A stretch of DNA of 64,000 nucleotides from Eledone cirrhosa. Its lineage: Eukaryota. The DNA is taken from positions 310,558,001 through 310,622,000 of the forward strand of contig OZ024741.1 in NCBI GenBank assembly GCA_964016885.1, in the 5' to 3' direction. Of this stretch, positions 24,670 to 40,977 are shown in pieces. A program made the translations under genes and the position numbers. Below the pieces are notes generated by a model that saw only the letters and a list, made by a program, of their open reading frames with translations, was not told the origin of the DNA and made no database searches. Each line of letters begins with the position of its first letter. Position 1 is the stretch's first letter.

Positions 24670-27600
24670 CCACAATATATATATAATAAATGAGTCAAGA
24701 ATAACATGGATCAGCTGTACATTAGGGTTTATTCAAAGTATTAACAAATGTTTCATTAGTCCGTTGTGTCTAATTACCACTAATCGCAGTATGCCGCGGA
24801 ATTCGATTTCAATTACAATTCACACGCGACTAAATTTTCAAAATACTGATTCTGTGTATAAGATAGAGTGCGCTTGTGTTCATAGATACATGAAAAATAA
24901 CAAGAATAATAATAAGAAGGAATGTATAGTGAATAGGAGGATATTTGTATAAAGACATGAAAACATAGTAATAATAATAACATGAAAAAAAGTGGTGTGA
25001 AAAGATAATATAAGAAAAATGATAAAAAAGTAAAAACAATAATAGAGATAGTAACGATAATAAAAAAAAATACCAGTACAGTTGAAAGTAAAGATGGGGA
25101 GTGAGGGTACAATGTAACTGGACAGTGTAATAACATGGGATGAGATGAAACGATAGGATACGGGTGACAGTATAATAAAGTGGGATAAGATGAAATAAAA
25201 ATATAAAAGGAAAGAGATAATGATAAAGGATGGGTAATTAGGATTGGGGTATTTTGAAAAGTGTAATCTTAATGGGCAGAGGTAAAGATTGGTGGTGATG
25301 TTGGCTATGAAGGGTGGTTGATGCTGTATGTGTGGGAATGGATTTGAAGGGATGTGTCTTTAAAGAAAAAATACTTAATCACCGACGAAGTGCCGGTTAT
25401 TCTTGCTTTCTATTAGTTGGTGGTGTAACTTTTGAAGTGTTAAAGAAAGCTTGCTCTCGTACGTGATTAACCGTTAACTGTGGTAAGTTGGTGGCAATTT
25501 TGCAGACACTATAAATCATGGGAGTTGTATTGTTTACATGGATAATGAGATTGCTGGATCGTGTCTTGTTTATCTCGGTTTGTAATTCGAAAATTTACTA
25601 GCGGCTTTGTGCCTACAGAAAATTGTCCGCTCGATTTTGCTGTTTAGTAGCGTCTTATTATACTGTAGAATATGGAGTAATTCCATATTGCATAGTCCGC
25701 ATTGGGACATCCCTTTCGTGTAGGCTTTTGTATTCGATAATTTCAACCAGCTAATTCTATATCCTTGATTATTGTCCTTAGCTGCCAGATTTTATTGGCC
25801 AACATCGTTGTGTTACTGGGCCTCCGGTTCTTTATGGAGTGCTGATGCACATACCATCGTTTTTTGTAGTTACCAGCCGTAGAACCTATGTAATACCACA
25901 TATGGTTGCCAATCTTAATAGTGCACAGATATACTTACCGGAATCTAGGCATCTATTCTGTAGTGGGCATTTATCCGGCAGTTGGCAGTTACATTTGGAG
26001 GCCTTCCTATGTGCTGGTTCCTCGTTATAGTTCGATTTGTGGTTTGAGATAGGCTGGGATGCTGGTCTGTTTGTGTTTTGTTGTGACATATATCGACGGA
26101 CAGTCGGTTGTGATGCTGTTATGCGGTTGTTTTGTATTTGATGTTGAGGTGATGGTTTGTGGACTACAGTCTTTAGAGATTCTCCTGGAGTTTTTATGTG
26201 ATTCGATGTTCGCTGCAGTAGAGTAAGAGAGCTTAATAGTTTTTCTATTGAAGATTCTATGTTATTTGTGTGGTTTAGGGAAGTGCTTATCGATTATATT
26301 AAAGAATATAGATGGAAGGTTGGTCTGTAAGTAGGATTTGAAAATTGGATTGAACCACAAATACCTCTTATTTCAGGATTTCTTGGAGTTTTCGGAGTTT
26401 CCCATGCTCGTATTCTGTTCAGCTATTCTATGTGTCTGTTGTTTATTTTTATGTCTAGTCCTATATCTGTTATTGCTATTAGGGCGGGTGGCGTAGTTGC
26501 CACTGGGTTTGTATTTGTTGCTGTCGTCGCTATCGTGTATGTATTTGAGCACCTCTTTGTCGCCTGCTTTACGTAAATCTGTGTTAGTGTAGTTTGTGTG
26601 TTCCTTAAATATTTCTAGATTAGAAGACAGTTGGGATATTCTAAGGGATATACCGTGTGCTATTGATTTAATTATGGAGCGTGGATGGTTGGAGTTATAA
26701 CTAAAGTAGCCTAGGTTTTCATTATTTTTATGGAAAGTCTCAATTAGTCTTATGTTTAAGTTAAGTGTTACATCTAGGAATTTTCCTTTTTTTAAATCTT
26801 GCTCGATGTTTTTCCGTAAACATTCCATGCTTTGATTGTTCGTGTTTTTAGCTAAAAGGAGCACATCGTCTTTATAAATTCCTCCTTGGAGGTTACTGAA
26901 TTCCTTATGTATGTTGTGGGCTATATAAATTCCTACTATATCCGTGACTTGCACTGAGTCGTTAGACTCAATAGTAATGTCAAAGCTATTTTGTCGTCTA
27001 TCCCGTCGTTCCTAGTAATGATTCTCGAATTTAATGATAGTTCTCCTAGCAGCTAGTATTATTCTAATTTCACCCATAGTCAGGTCTGAATTTTTCCGGG
27101 CAAAATCTAGTGCCTTATTTGGGATGACTGGAGATATGGATGAGTAATAAGCATGAATATCGAACTGTCTGAAATTAGATGTTTCATTATTGTCTATTTT
27201 GTTTAATCAGTTGACACCCTCGCTAGTTCTACACCATACTTTTAATCTTAGTTTATCTTTGATGTGTGCTATTACCCTATAGTATATGTTTGCTAATTCT
27301 ACCTATATCGGATGTTGATGGGCATAGGAGTCTAATTGTAGGGTTTGTTTCGAAGTTATTTTTGTGACTTTTCAGCTTAAAAGTGGGGCTCCATGGGGTA
27401 GAGGCTCTGTTCTATCAGTAAGTTCTAGTTTTCTTCACTATAGTAAACCCTTCGTTGTTGATGTCCTCAAGTGTAGCTTCAAGGGTTTTCCTGCATTTTT
27501 TGTGTAGTTACGGCGTATAAAGCTGTTGTAGGTGTCTAGGCTCATGGTGTATACGTTCGATGTTTTGTCCGCTTTAACTATAATTCCGTCAGTATTGCGT

Positions 27601-28320
27601 AGTTTTTTCAAAAGTGCATTGATGTCGTTCTGTAGTTTGTTGTGATCAGTGCGTTTTTTGAAACTTAATTCCACTTATCATGTTCATGAGGTCGAGTTCA
27701 AAAGTGTCAAACTAGGGGTTACTTGGTGGGTTTTTGCAAGATTTAAATCCGTATTTCTCTTTAGTGTTTCCCTCATTATCAATTGTGTATCCTTTGTCGT
27801 AATGATATCCTTTCCATCGGATTCGATGGTTAAAATCGGTGGTGCGCTGTATCATGCCGAGTGTATAATCCCTGTTTGGAGGAATAGGTAAAATTTTAGT
27901 GACATGCCTAAGTTGTGATTTTCCATGTTATTGCCGGGCGTTAAAGTTGTTGCTCAACCTGGTCGCAGCTATTTATATAAGTTAACGAGGTATCGTTTAA
28001 AGCAATCCAAGTAGAGGTTAGGAGTACTGTGTATCGAGAATAGTTATAACGTTCGGCATTGTTTCACTCATCAAGAAGTTTATAAGTTGTGGTGTTCGGG
28101 TGGCAGATTCAAGACAGTTCCCAGGTAAGTGGTTCCTGGAGTATTAATAATAAATGAGTGAAGAATAACACGGATCTGATATACGATAAGGCTTATTCGA
28201 AATATTAACAAATGTTGCATTAGTCCGGTGTGTCTAAAAACCGCTATTGGCAGTATGGTGCAGCACCCGATTTTAATTACAATTGACACCCGACCAAATA
28301 TATATTTCAAAACATATATA
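24670..28320 (-). mobile_element. Old Penelope-like element (Naiad-like) with diverged pLTRs (~24690-24845, ~28170-28315)
   Basis: Fragments IIVKADKTSNVY, QFDI, QVTDIVG, YKDD, FLD, WFNP, CNCQLPDKCPL..C and LANKIWQL, with many stops and frameshifts. Confidence 0.85.
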
Positions 28321-28615
28321 TATCAGGATAGAACTAGTTCGAAACTCGTTAGACCATTACTCTACAGAGTACTCGATACTTGGGGTAGTAGGGTATGACT
28401 CTATTATAATTAGGCAGTATCCGAGGACTGATATATTGCCTCTTCAAAAACTAGTTCGAGAGTCTGGTGCTAGCTGATCTCTCCTCATCTCAACTAGCTG
28501 TTGCGATAAGGAGAGATCAGCCGTCGGGTTTCCGACTCCTTATTATATATATATATATATATATATAAATAAAATAACAGGAGGCTAGACTGGTGTAATC
28601 ATTGAAAAGTTTATT

Positions 28616-28673
28616 ATACTATGATTATTTCAATGACTGGGTTCCGTATGAATCCGGTGATATCATCAGGTAT
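28616..28673 (-). ncRNA. Type I HHR in a PLE pLTR fragment
   Basis: AUAC-CUGAUGA-imperfect stem II-GAAA-UAAUCA-UA-GUAU-AAUAAA. Confidence 0.6.
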
Positions 28674-28867
28674 TCGAAATATAACAAAGGAATATATAAA
28701 ATCCATGGGTCCGAAAATCAGAGACAGAGAGACGACTGACCAACTAGCTGCTTTCACCTCGGTCAGTCGCCCTCAAGTGATGGCAACTCGGTCTACTAAT
28801 GACCATCTGGTGAGGGGGCGAAAGCTTATAATGTACTACCACCTCTCCGTCAGAGAATAAAAAAAAG

Positions 28868-28868
<1 letters not shown>

Positions 28869-28932
<64 letters not shown>
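28869..28932. repeat. (GAAA)n microsatellite
   Basis: Directly visible tetranucleotide run. Confidence 0.95.
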
Positions 28933-28933
<1 letters not shown>

Positions 28934-29399
28934 TCAGCGTAAGGGTCACACTAGTCATGCTAGAAGACGCCGCGAAAAATTTTATTCCAAAGAACCCATA
29001 TTTTAACAAAGGCATATATATATGGGTGTCTGTATGCTCTAATGTGTGAACAGAAAATTGGAACGTTAACTTATGTTAAGAGTTATAGGATGAAATTAAA
29101 TTATTAGAAAATTAATAGAAAATTAAAGGTTTGTTTTGCGAGATTTATTTAATGAAATTACAGAGAGAGCCGTATATGAAAAAGTTTAAGTGTATTATAG
29201 GGAATCTCGATAAGTTATCAAGGTGGGATATAGAGTAAAGATAAAAGCCTTCGATTGTAAATCCCAGCCAGAACCTCCTAACCACGTGTCAGCCAGTTTC
29301 GAGTGGTATCGTCTAGCGAAATAATTGGAAATTAATTTTTCAGAGTACTTTAGGAACGTAACTGTGATTAAAAGACTACAGTAATAGCCTATCCACATT

Positions 29400-31443
<2,044 letters not shown>

Positions 31444-31451
31444 TATATATA

Positions 31452-31947
31452 TCCATATACATGAACTTGTAGTTCCTGTCTGTTTGTCTGTTTGTTTGTT
31501 CACGAACTCTTATGGTTTTGGAGATAGACCCCCATAACCATATATATTCTGAAACTACATTGCCCAGGGTACTTGGATAAATATATTTCATTTTAATCCA
31601 AGGGTTCCCCGGGGGCACAGACCTCGCTGGAAATCCTCGCTGAAAATGTTTTCCCTTCGATTTATATGAAATTTAAACCATAGGTAAATGACAAGATATG
31701 ATGCCTATTCACAAAAGTTTTTGAAAAAAATTATATACAAGAAAAAAATATGAACAAAATTTAATAATGTAATTTTGATTTGATATATTACAAAAAAAAT
31801 AATGCTTTCCAATTTTTCATGCATTACATTGAATAATATTGAAATGCATAGCTTTTCTCCATAAATTATATTACTGATTTAAAATCAATCATCATTTTCT
31901 TTGAAAGAAATGTGTGAAACGCAGCAAGGCGCGTGTAATTCGGCTAG
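31452..31947 (+). mobile_element. Non-autonomous Helitron-like element
   Basis: A|TC 5' end, (GTCT/GTTT)n near the 5' end, GC-rich subterminal segment and CTAG|T 3' end. Confidence 0.65.
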
Positions 31948-31962
31948 TGTATATATATATAG

Positions 31963-32065
31963 TTGCCGTATATTCCAGCGTACAAGACGACATTTTGAAC
32001 CAAAAATATCTCTCCAAAACCATAAAACCAGGGGTCGACTTGTCTGCCGAATATAAAATAAAAAC

Positions 32066-32066
<1 letters not shown>
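31963..32066 (+). mobile_element. Tc1/mariner (pogo/Tc2-like) MITE end fragment
   Basis: CCGTATATTCCAGCGTACAAGACGAC...GGGGTCGACTTGTCTGCCGAATA resembles CCGTA-type TIRs with an internal inverted subterminal repeat. Confidence 0.55.
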
Positions 32067-32119
<53 letters not shown>

Positions 32120-32128
<9 letters not shown>

Positions 32129-32654
32129 TGTATATATAGTGTATTTTGCAATACACTGTATGCTATGCTTAATTAAAAGCATTTCGAAGACCTTACGCTA
32201 TTGTTTTAGAGTAGTGACAGTCTCACTTACTTTAAATTTTCAGCAAAGAGGGGAGATAAAGCTGACAGAGCTCTGTTTCGCAGTGTTTGGTGCTTATCAA
32301 AGCTAACTACTCCTCCTGTTTGCTGAAAATCATGAATGTTTGATTCTTATAGAATTCTAGTAATAATTAGGAACTGATTATACAGAGCGGTTGCCGGTCA
32401 AGCAGAAATAAAAAAATAGAATTGGTGCTCTGAAATAGCGATATATATATGAATGTATATATAGTGTATTTTGCAATACACTGTATGCTTAATTAAAAGC
32501 ATTTCGAGGACCTTACGTTATTGGTATAGATTAGTGACAGTCTCACTTACTTTAATTTTCACTTACTTTTATTAATTAAGCATACAGTGTATTGCAAAAT
32601 ACACTATATATACATTCATATATATATCGCTATTTCAGAGCAGCACCAATTCTA

Positions 32655-32660
<6 letters not shown>
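32120..32660. repeat. Inverted copy of the 320-bp satellite with a local fold-back
   Basis: 32120-32540 is the reverse complement of the 15.3-16.3 kb unit. 32575-32656 flips back to the forward orientation. Confidence 0.85.
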
Positions 32661-32718
<58 letters not shown>

Positions 32719-33086
32719 TTAGGGTAAACATTGATGCAATTCAAATCAAGTACTCAACGTACTTACTCCACATCGGAGTGACGGAGTAAATATCGAATAA
32801 GGAAAAGCGAAGTAGTTTCAGATGTTCAAGTCTTTTAATAATAATTGTTTCTACTTTAGGCACAAGGCCAGCAAATATCCAGTGCATTACTGGTAGTTTA
32901 TTTTATCGTCGCCGAGTATTTATCCTGCCGAAAGGTATTATTATGTCCCCCAGTATCAGGGGTTTCCATCCCCATGGTAGGGGGGATTGCCGGGTGTAGT
33001 TCGTGACTGGTTCCTCTGTTCTCCACCATATCGGTTACATCATAGAGCGCTCAACTAATTGGAGCTAAATATATATATATATATAT

Positions 33087-34753
33087 ATTGTTATACTTGG
33101 GGAGGGTCATATTTGTGTAATATTGTCAGAATTAATAACAGAACACACTCACTGTTTGGTTGGTTTTCGCTTCTCGCTGTCTTTTATATCTGCGATCTAA
33201 CTTACTCGGTCCTCAATGTTGCCATTGACTGACCGACGGTCAAAAATAATACAGATACAATATAGACACAAACACATATATATAGTTTACATAATTTACA
33301 TAAATCTTTCGTTGCACATCTGCAACATCGTCAGTGGTGTTATATTTTTTCCTCCTGTTGTGTTGAATGTCTACGCCATTTTTTATTCAGTCTGTCTATA
33401 TATTTATTTATTTATTTGCTTGTTTGTTTATTTTATTTTGTCTTCTTTGCGCATGCGTTTGTGTGTGTGTATAGTGTTATGTTTGCTGTGTGACTAGTGT
33501 GTATAGTGTTGTGTCTGCTGGGTGACTAGTGTGCGTTTATGTGCTTGTTGTTATTGTGCTTGTGTATGTATTTATTTATCTTATTCTATTTTATTTTATT
33601 TACTTATTTATACTTCTCTTAGGTCAGTGTTGTTTGTTTGGGTGTTGTTGTTGGTCCACTCATTCTTTCTGTTTAGCTTTGGTCTTCTAATTTCTATTTC
33701 ACTGGCCTCTCTGATTTGCCTATCTGCTGGGTCATTCCTATGTTTAGATATTATTCTAATTTCTATGTTGTCTATGTTACCGTCATGTTGTTGTCTAGCA
33801 TGTTCGTATAGTACTGACCCGTTTTTTCGTCCTTTTAGTTCCCCCCAGTGTTGGTCTATCCTTTCACCTATGCTACGAGCTGTTTCACCTATGTATGTTG
33901 TTGTCATGTTTCTGCAAGTACCCTCTGTACATCTTATGCTATAGACTACGTTTCTAGTTTTACAGTTTATCCGGGGGTTCACCTTACATATGATACATTT
34001 CCTATTGGTACAGTGGGTTTTCTTAAAAGGGTAGGTTTTGCTGATCAGGGATTTTATGGTGGTTCCTGGCTTTTCTACCACCTTTATTTTTAAGTGGGTC
34101 TTTCTCAGGGCCTTTCTACAATGGTTAGCTAATTTCCCTCCAGGGGTGGCGTCCACAAACATGACACTCTGATATCTCTGGTTGTTGTACCATGATGTGG
34201 CCTTCCCTATCTTATGTCTAGCCCTATCTAAGCTATTCCATGATTTGCTCCTGTATAATGGGCAAATTCCTTTCATGTCCAGTTCTATGAGGGTCTTATA
34301 CTTTTCCATGGCTCCTTCGTATAGTCTGACTCTGTCTCTTTGGTTGTAGCCAGAGAACTGCATGCGGTTGATGAAGTGTTGGATGTGTCTTTCCATTTCT
34401 GTTGGGTCGCACATTCTGGACACATTCTTCATCACTCGTACCAAATCTGCGATCAGAATATTAAACTTAGCACTACTGGACATTGCTGAGTTTTTGAGTA
34501 TCAGGTATTTGGAGGCCATGGGTTTAGCATAGTGTGAGTGGAGAATTTGGGCTCTCTCGTCTATAGTGTTAATCCAGAGTTCTGTGTCTAATACTAGGGT
34601 GTTAGGGTGTTTGGAAGGGAAGTCGATAGTTACAGTTATAGTCTGGTGTATGGAATTAGCTATCTGCTGGATGCTTTCCATCGTGCTACGTTCTAAATCA
34701 AACTTGTTAGTGCTCTCTAGTGGGGGTGTTCTTATAACTATATTGATATCGTC

Positions 34754-34760
<7 letters not shown>
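33087..34760 (-). mobile_element. 5'-truncated PLE (Nematis-like): RT thumb + GIY-YIG (ORF 33608-34681) and pLTR with HHR at ~33299-33336
   Basis: HYAKPM, CKTRNVVYSIRC..C..TYIGETARSIGERIDQH. Absent from the paralogous (TA)n sites in units 2 and 3. Confidence 0.92.
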
Positions 34761-34804
<44 letters not shown>

Positions 34805-35104
34805 TCAGGTGTTGTTTCTGCATGATGAATATAAGTGAATAGAGTGCTCAACCGAGGGAGCCAAATAGTAATAATAAATATATATATATATATATATTAA
34901 TCCCAGTTTCAATCGGAGGTAACAGTGTAAGTATGGAACAAATGACAATTGTAGGGTGTAAATATCACGTTCAATATGGACATGCTTTCTACAGTACTAG
35001 AACTAATTCATTCAAAGGTAATCACCAGGAAAGCTGTTTCCTGGTGATTTCTTTGGATGAAACAACTCTAGTCCTGTAGAAGCGATTTCTATATTAAACA
35101 TCAC

Positions 35105-35224
<120 letters not shown>

Positions 35225-35292
35225 GCACACACATACCCACACCCACACACACCCACACACCCACACACACACACACACATACACACACGCAA

Positions 35293-35366
<74 letters not shown>

Positions 35367-35437
35367 ATGTGTGTGTGTGCGTGCGTGTGTGTGTTTGTGT
35401 GTGTGTATAGCAAATACGTAAGAAGTTTATGATATAC

Positions 35438-35572
35438 CTTCTTGGCAATTGTCACCAATATAACCCGCAGAACATCTATCTGAACATGTTCCACCAAGCC
35501 TGTTACAGTTACTATTGTCGAGACAATGGCATGTTACATTACAAGCAACACCAAATGTTCCTACTGGGCATC
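35438..35572 (-). CDS. EGF exon copy 1 (135 bp, phase 1-1): GCPVGTFGVACNVTCHCLDNSNCNRLGGTCSDRCSAGYIGDNCQE
   Basis: ttttcag/gtatat splice sites, 8 Cys, MEGF10/Draper-type pattern. Confidence 0.9.
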
Positions 35573-36390
35573 CTGAAAATATCAATATATATGATAATGT
35601 TGAAGATATCATTAATTACATACAGATATCAATGATACAATTGTATACGAAATTTTAAGATTAAAGTGGCCTTGGAATAAAGAAATGAACTTGTATACTT
35701 ATTGAATATTATATCGATCCTCTATAATATATACATGGATTTTCAGTTCAGTTAAATGCAATGTTAAAAACATTATGCAAAAAACAAACAATCCAATTTC
35801 ATCAGAAAAGTAACATATATAATCCTACAAAATCTTACCATATTCTATCAGTTCCTTCTTTAAAGGCTTCAACCTCTCTATACAGGTTGAGGCCAACCTG
35901 TCGGTCGTTAATTACCTCGACGTTACCCTCAATTTATCGAATGGCTTGTATTACCCGTATATAAAGCCGAATGATACGCTTAATTCATAGAGAACGTCTC
36001 TATGAACCACCTAATAGAATATTAGTCTACGACTTCTTTTATACCATAGACGTGGTTTTGTCTTTGCGTGTAATTGTTTTTCACCGCTCCAAATAATGAC
36101 GTATTATATTCGTTTTTTCCCGTTCTTTGCCAGGGAACGTTTCCACGAACCAAAGTATCGTCTTGATGTCTTCCTCCGGTTGCAATGTTTTTTGAAATAT
36201 TTACTTCTGCGTTCACAGATTGACTTTGTTAGTTTCAGAAGATCCCGTTAAGGGTGAAAGTAGCGATTCTTTGCTTAAACTTTAATCTGTTATTTTAACA
36301 AATATTGGCTCTACGGTTCATATATATTTGATATATAGTTATCCTTATCGAGCCCTCTTTGGATTTTAGTCTTCAAATTTATTATTATTA

Positions 36391-36527
<137 letters not shown>

Positions 36528-36696
36528 GAGAGAGAGAGAGAGAGAGTGAGAGAGAGTAGAATGAGAGAGAGAGAGGGAGAGAGAGATAGAAAAACAGAGA
36601 CAAGAGTGAAAATAAAAATGTTGGCTCTAGCATAGCTTTATACATATAAGTATGTGGAGTTTGGATATCTAGCAATATGCGCTTTGTTTATGTATA

Positions 36697-36863
36697 ATAA
36701 TTGTTTCTATTTTTTGGCACAAGGCCAGCAATAGCCAGTACATTAATGGTACTTTATTTTATCGACCCCGTAAGGATGAAAGGCAAAGTTAACCTGGCGG
36801 GATTTGAACTCAGATCGTAAAGGGACGTAACTATGCTGGAAAGCATGGCGTCCGACCCTCCAC
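36697..36863 (-). mobile_element. SINE, 5'-truncated (paralog at 41080-41246)
   Basis: Reverse complement of the SINE consensus, cut after CGACCCTC. Confidence 0.85.
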
Positions 36864-38047
36864 TGAGTTAAGCTGTGATATATATTTCAATGGCGACAGT
36901 GGTAACACTGTTCTGTGCGCCAGTGTCGCGACATCGTCAGACAGCTTGTTACATAATAAGGTTATGTTTCCGAGGCAATCTAAATTGAATCGACATGGGA
37001 ACGGACGAAGTGTGTGCTCTTGGGTTCTTCGTCCATTCCCTGTGAGTACCAATTCACCCCCACCGGTCTGCGCAGGCGCAGGTCCGTAGGAGGTTGACCA
37101 TTAGCTACCGCAGATTTTAACGAAATTCGCTTAGTCAGTTTTCCCTCTCAGCCAAAGAATGACCCATTCAAGGCCTGTAATATAGCTTACTGCTACCCAT
37201 CCCGTCAGTGGCTGTCAGTCGAAAGCCAGTGGGGATGGGAGAGTGTGAGTATCCACAGGTCTGAATACTACCTCTCATTAAGCATGGACAGTATAATTGA
37301 CCATCAACCTCTAAGAGAAAATATACTTAATTCTATGTATCATGGTTTGACGGTGAAAGTTATGAATGAGAGTTGGGATTTAAAAATTAAAATCCAAAAT
37401 CAGAAATCAATTATTAAATATCAAAAATTAGAAATTAAAAATTAACAATTAAAAATTAATACTTTTCAAGTGGGAATCTGGATTGAGGCGAGTAAAAAAA
37501 TATGGATTGAAGTGAGTAAATAATATGCAGAGAGATTTTTAAGTAAGAAGTTTTGAAATGGGTATTAATGTTACGGTTATATTATCTATATACTGAACGA
37601 TAGTACCGTACAGTAGAACGGAGGGTAAATTACGGTATGAAAGTAGTATTTAGTCGGGTACATAGCTAGAATTTCCATCACATGGACAGAACCAAATAAA
37701 AACGATATAACGTACACAAAAGAAAAAAAACCAATTAATGAATAAATACAAAAACACATAGCGTACATATATGCAAAATGAGATAGATGGTCAATATGAT
37801 TGTCAATTTGTCCATGTATACATTGAATTGAGGGGGCTTCTGTTCAAATGCGATTTAGTGCAGGAAAATAGGGGTTTATGTTTGTTTTTGTTTCCGCGTA
37901 TTTATCCTGCCGAAAGGTATTTTATGTCCGTCCAGTATCAGGGGTTTCCATACCCATGGTAGGGAGGATTTCCGGGTGTAGCTCGTGGCTGGTTCCTCTG
38001 TTCTCCACCATATCGGTTACATCATAGAGCGCTCAACTAATTGGAGC

Positions 38048-38096
<49 letters not shown>

Positions 38097-38400
38097 TCAA
38101 GTGTTGTTTCTGCATGATGAATATAAGTGAATAGAGTGCTCAACCGAGGGAGCCAAATAGTAATAATAAATATATATATATATATATATATATATTAATC
38201 CCAGTTTCAATCGGAGGTAACAGGGTAAGTATGGAACAAATTACAATTGTAGGGTGTAAATATAACGTTTAATATAGACAGCTTTCTACATACTAGAACT
38301 AATTCATTCAAAGGTAATCACCAGGAAAGCCGTTTCCTGGTAATTTCTTTGGATGAAAAAACTCTAGTCCTGTAGAAGCGATTTCTATATTAAACATCAC

Positions 38401-38531
<131 letters not shown>

Positions 38532-38657
38532 AACATATACATATATATATATGTGTATGAGTATATGTGAGTGTATGTGTGTGTGTGTGCGTGCGTGCGT
38601 GTGCGTGTGTGTGTTTGTGTGTGTGTATAGCAAATACGTAAGAAGTTTATGATATAC

Positions 38658-38792
38658 CTTCTTGGCAATTGTCACCAATATAACCCGCAGAACATCTATC
38701 TGAACATCTTCCATTACGCCTGTCACAGTTACTATTGTCGAGACAATGGCATGTTACACTACAAGCAACACCAAATTTTCCTACTGGGCATT
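38658..38792 (-). CDS. EGF exon copy 2: ECPVGKFGVACSVTCHCLDNSNCDRRNGRCSDRCSAGYIGDNCQE
   Basis: Same splice sites, 135 bp, phase 1-1. Confidence 0.9.
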
Positions 38793-39084
38793 CTGAAAAT
38801 ATCAATATATATGATAATGTTGAAGATATCATTAATTACATACAGATATCAATGAGACAATTGTATACCAAATTTTAAGATTAAAGTGGCCTTGGGATAA
38901 AGAAATGAACTTGTATACTTATTGAATATTATATCGATCCTCTATAATATATACATGGATTTTCAGTTCAGTCAAATGCAATGTTAAAAACATTATGCAA
39001 AAAACAAACAATCCAATTTCATCAGAAAAGTAACATATATAATCCTACAAAATCTTACCATATTCTATCAGTTCCTTCTTTAAA

Positions 39085-40590
39085 GGCTTCAACCTCTCTA
39101 TACAGGTTGAGGCCAACCTCTTGGTCGTTAATTACCTCGACGTTACCCTCAATTTATCGAATGGCTTGTATTACCCGTATAGAAAGCCGAATGATACGCT
39201 TAATTACATAAGTAAGCATTCTAACCATCCTGCCAGCATAACCAAGAACCTGGTAAGAAATGTTTCTTTGAGGCTTTCCCGTCTATCTACTAACGAGCAT
39301 ATTTTCAACGACCATTCCACATATTACAAATGAAGCTCTTGCTCGGAGTGGATTTGTCAATAAGGTAGCATATACAGAGTACGAGAATAGACCTAGAAGA
39401 AATAGATCCGGACGCATTATATGGTATAACCCACCATATAATATGGAGGTGGCCACACCATTAGCTAAGATCTTTCTCTCCCTTATTATGAAGCATTTTC
39501 CCCCCTACACATAAATATAGTAACATTTTTAATAGAAATACTATTAAAATGTCTTACCCTACGACTCCTAACCTTGCACATAACATCACAGCTTCAAATT
39601 TAGCTAAACTACCTAGCCGTAGGAACACGTGCAACCCTCTAGTTAGTACTAACTGTAATTGTAGGAATCGGGTTGAAACACCCACGTCCCGTAGGGCCTA
39701 CATAGGGTTAACCGCCAATATATTCAAGCAGCGTCTTTACATGCATACCGATTCTTTTCGTTACCCTTTAAGGGAATATGACGTCACTTTCAGCTTATAT
39801 CTGGAGTCTCAAAGAAAACCACACCCAATATAATTTACACTGAGAGATCCTACCTAGGGATAGATCGTATAACGGAAATAAAAGACCATGTGACCTCTGC
39901 GCCGATGAGGCCCTGGAAATACTCTACGCCACAGACCACATCTTAAACAAAAACCGGAGGCAATTTCGGCTTGTAAGCATAAATTGCACAAACTATTCCT
40001 GTATACGTGCGAGTATTTGTATACCTATGGCGAGTGTTTTCGCGTATGCTTGTGTATGTACGTATATGGATGCGTGTATGTATTTATTTAATTTCATTTA
40101 CCTCTGTATTTTATTTACTTTATTTTTAACTCTGAAGCCGAGAATCATTCGGTCTCCTAGTTAGAATTTTAGTCTACGACTTCAGTTATACCATTTACGT
40201 CGTTTTGTCTTTGCGTGCAATTGTTCCCCCCGGTCCACATATAACGTATTATCTTTGTTTTTTTTTCGTTCATTGCCAGAGAACGTCTCTATGAACCACC
40301 TAATAGAATATTAGTCTACGACTTCTTTTATACCATAGACGTGGTTTTGTCTTTGCGTGTAATTGTTTTTCACCGCTTCAAATAATGACGTATTATATTC
40401 GTTTTTTCCCGTTCTTTGCCAGGGAACGTTTCCACGAACCAAAGTATCGTCTTGCTGTCTTCCTCCGGTTGCAACGTTTTTTGAAATATTTACTTCTGCG
40501 TTCACAGATTGACTTTGTTAGTTTCAGAAGATCCCGTTAAGGGTGAAAGTAGCGATTCTTTGCTTAAACTTTAATCTGTTATTTTAACAA
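39085..40590 (+). mobile_element. Naiad-like PLE 3' fragment inside the duplicated unit (paralog 43475-44985, largely deleted in unit 1)
   Basis: YLDVTLNL..YYPYRKPN, WYNPPY, CNCRN, AYIGLT..FKQRL, CDLC..E, CKH. Confidence 0.85.
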
Positions 40591-40679
40591 ATACTGGCTC
40601 TACGGTTCATATATATTTGATATATAGTTATCCTTATCGAGCCCTCTTTGGATTTTAGTCTTCAAATTTATTATTATTA

Positions 40680-40793
<114 letters not shown>

Positions 40794-40827
40794 AGAGAGA
40801 TATAGAGAGAGAGAGAGAGAGAGAGAT

Positions 40828-40859
<32 letters not shown>

Positions 40860-40872
40860 CGAGAGAGAGTAG

Positions 40873-40977
<105 letters not shown>

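Noticed and set aside
28473-28521. Short hairpin GCTGATCTCTCCT...AGGAGAGATCAGC as a pre-miRNA
   Set aside because: Too short, lies among PLE debris, and has no supporting evidence.
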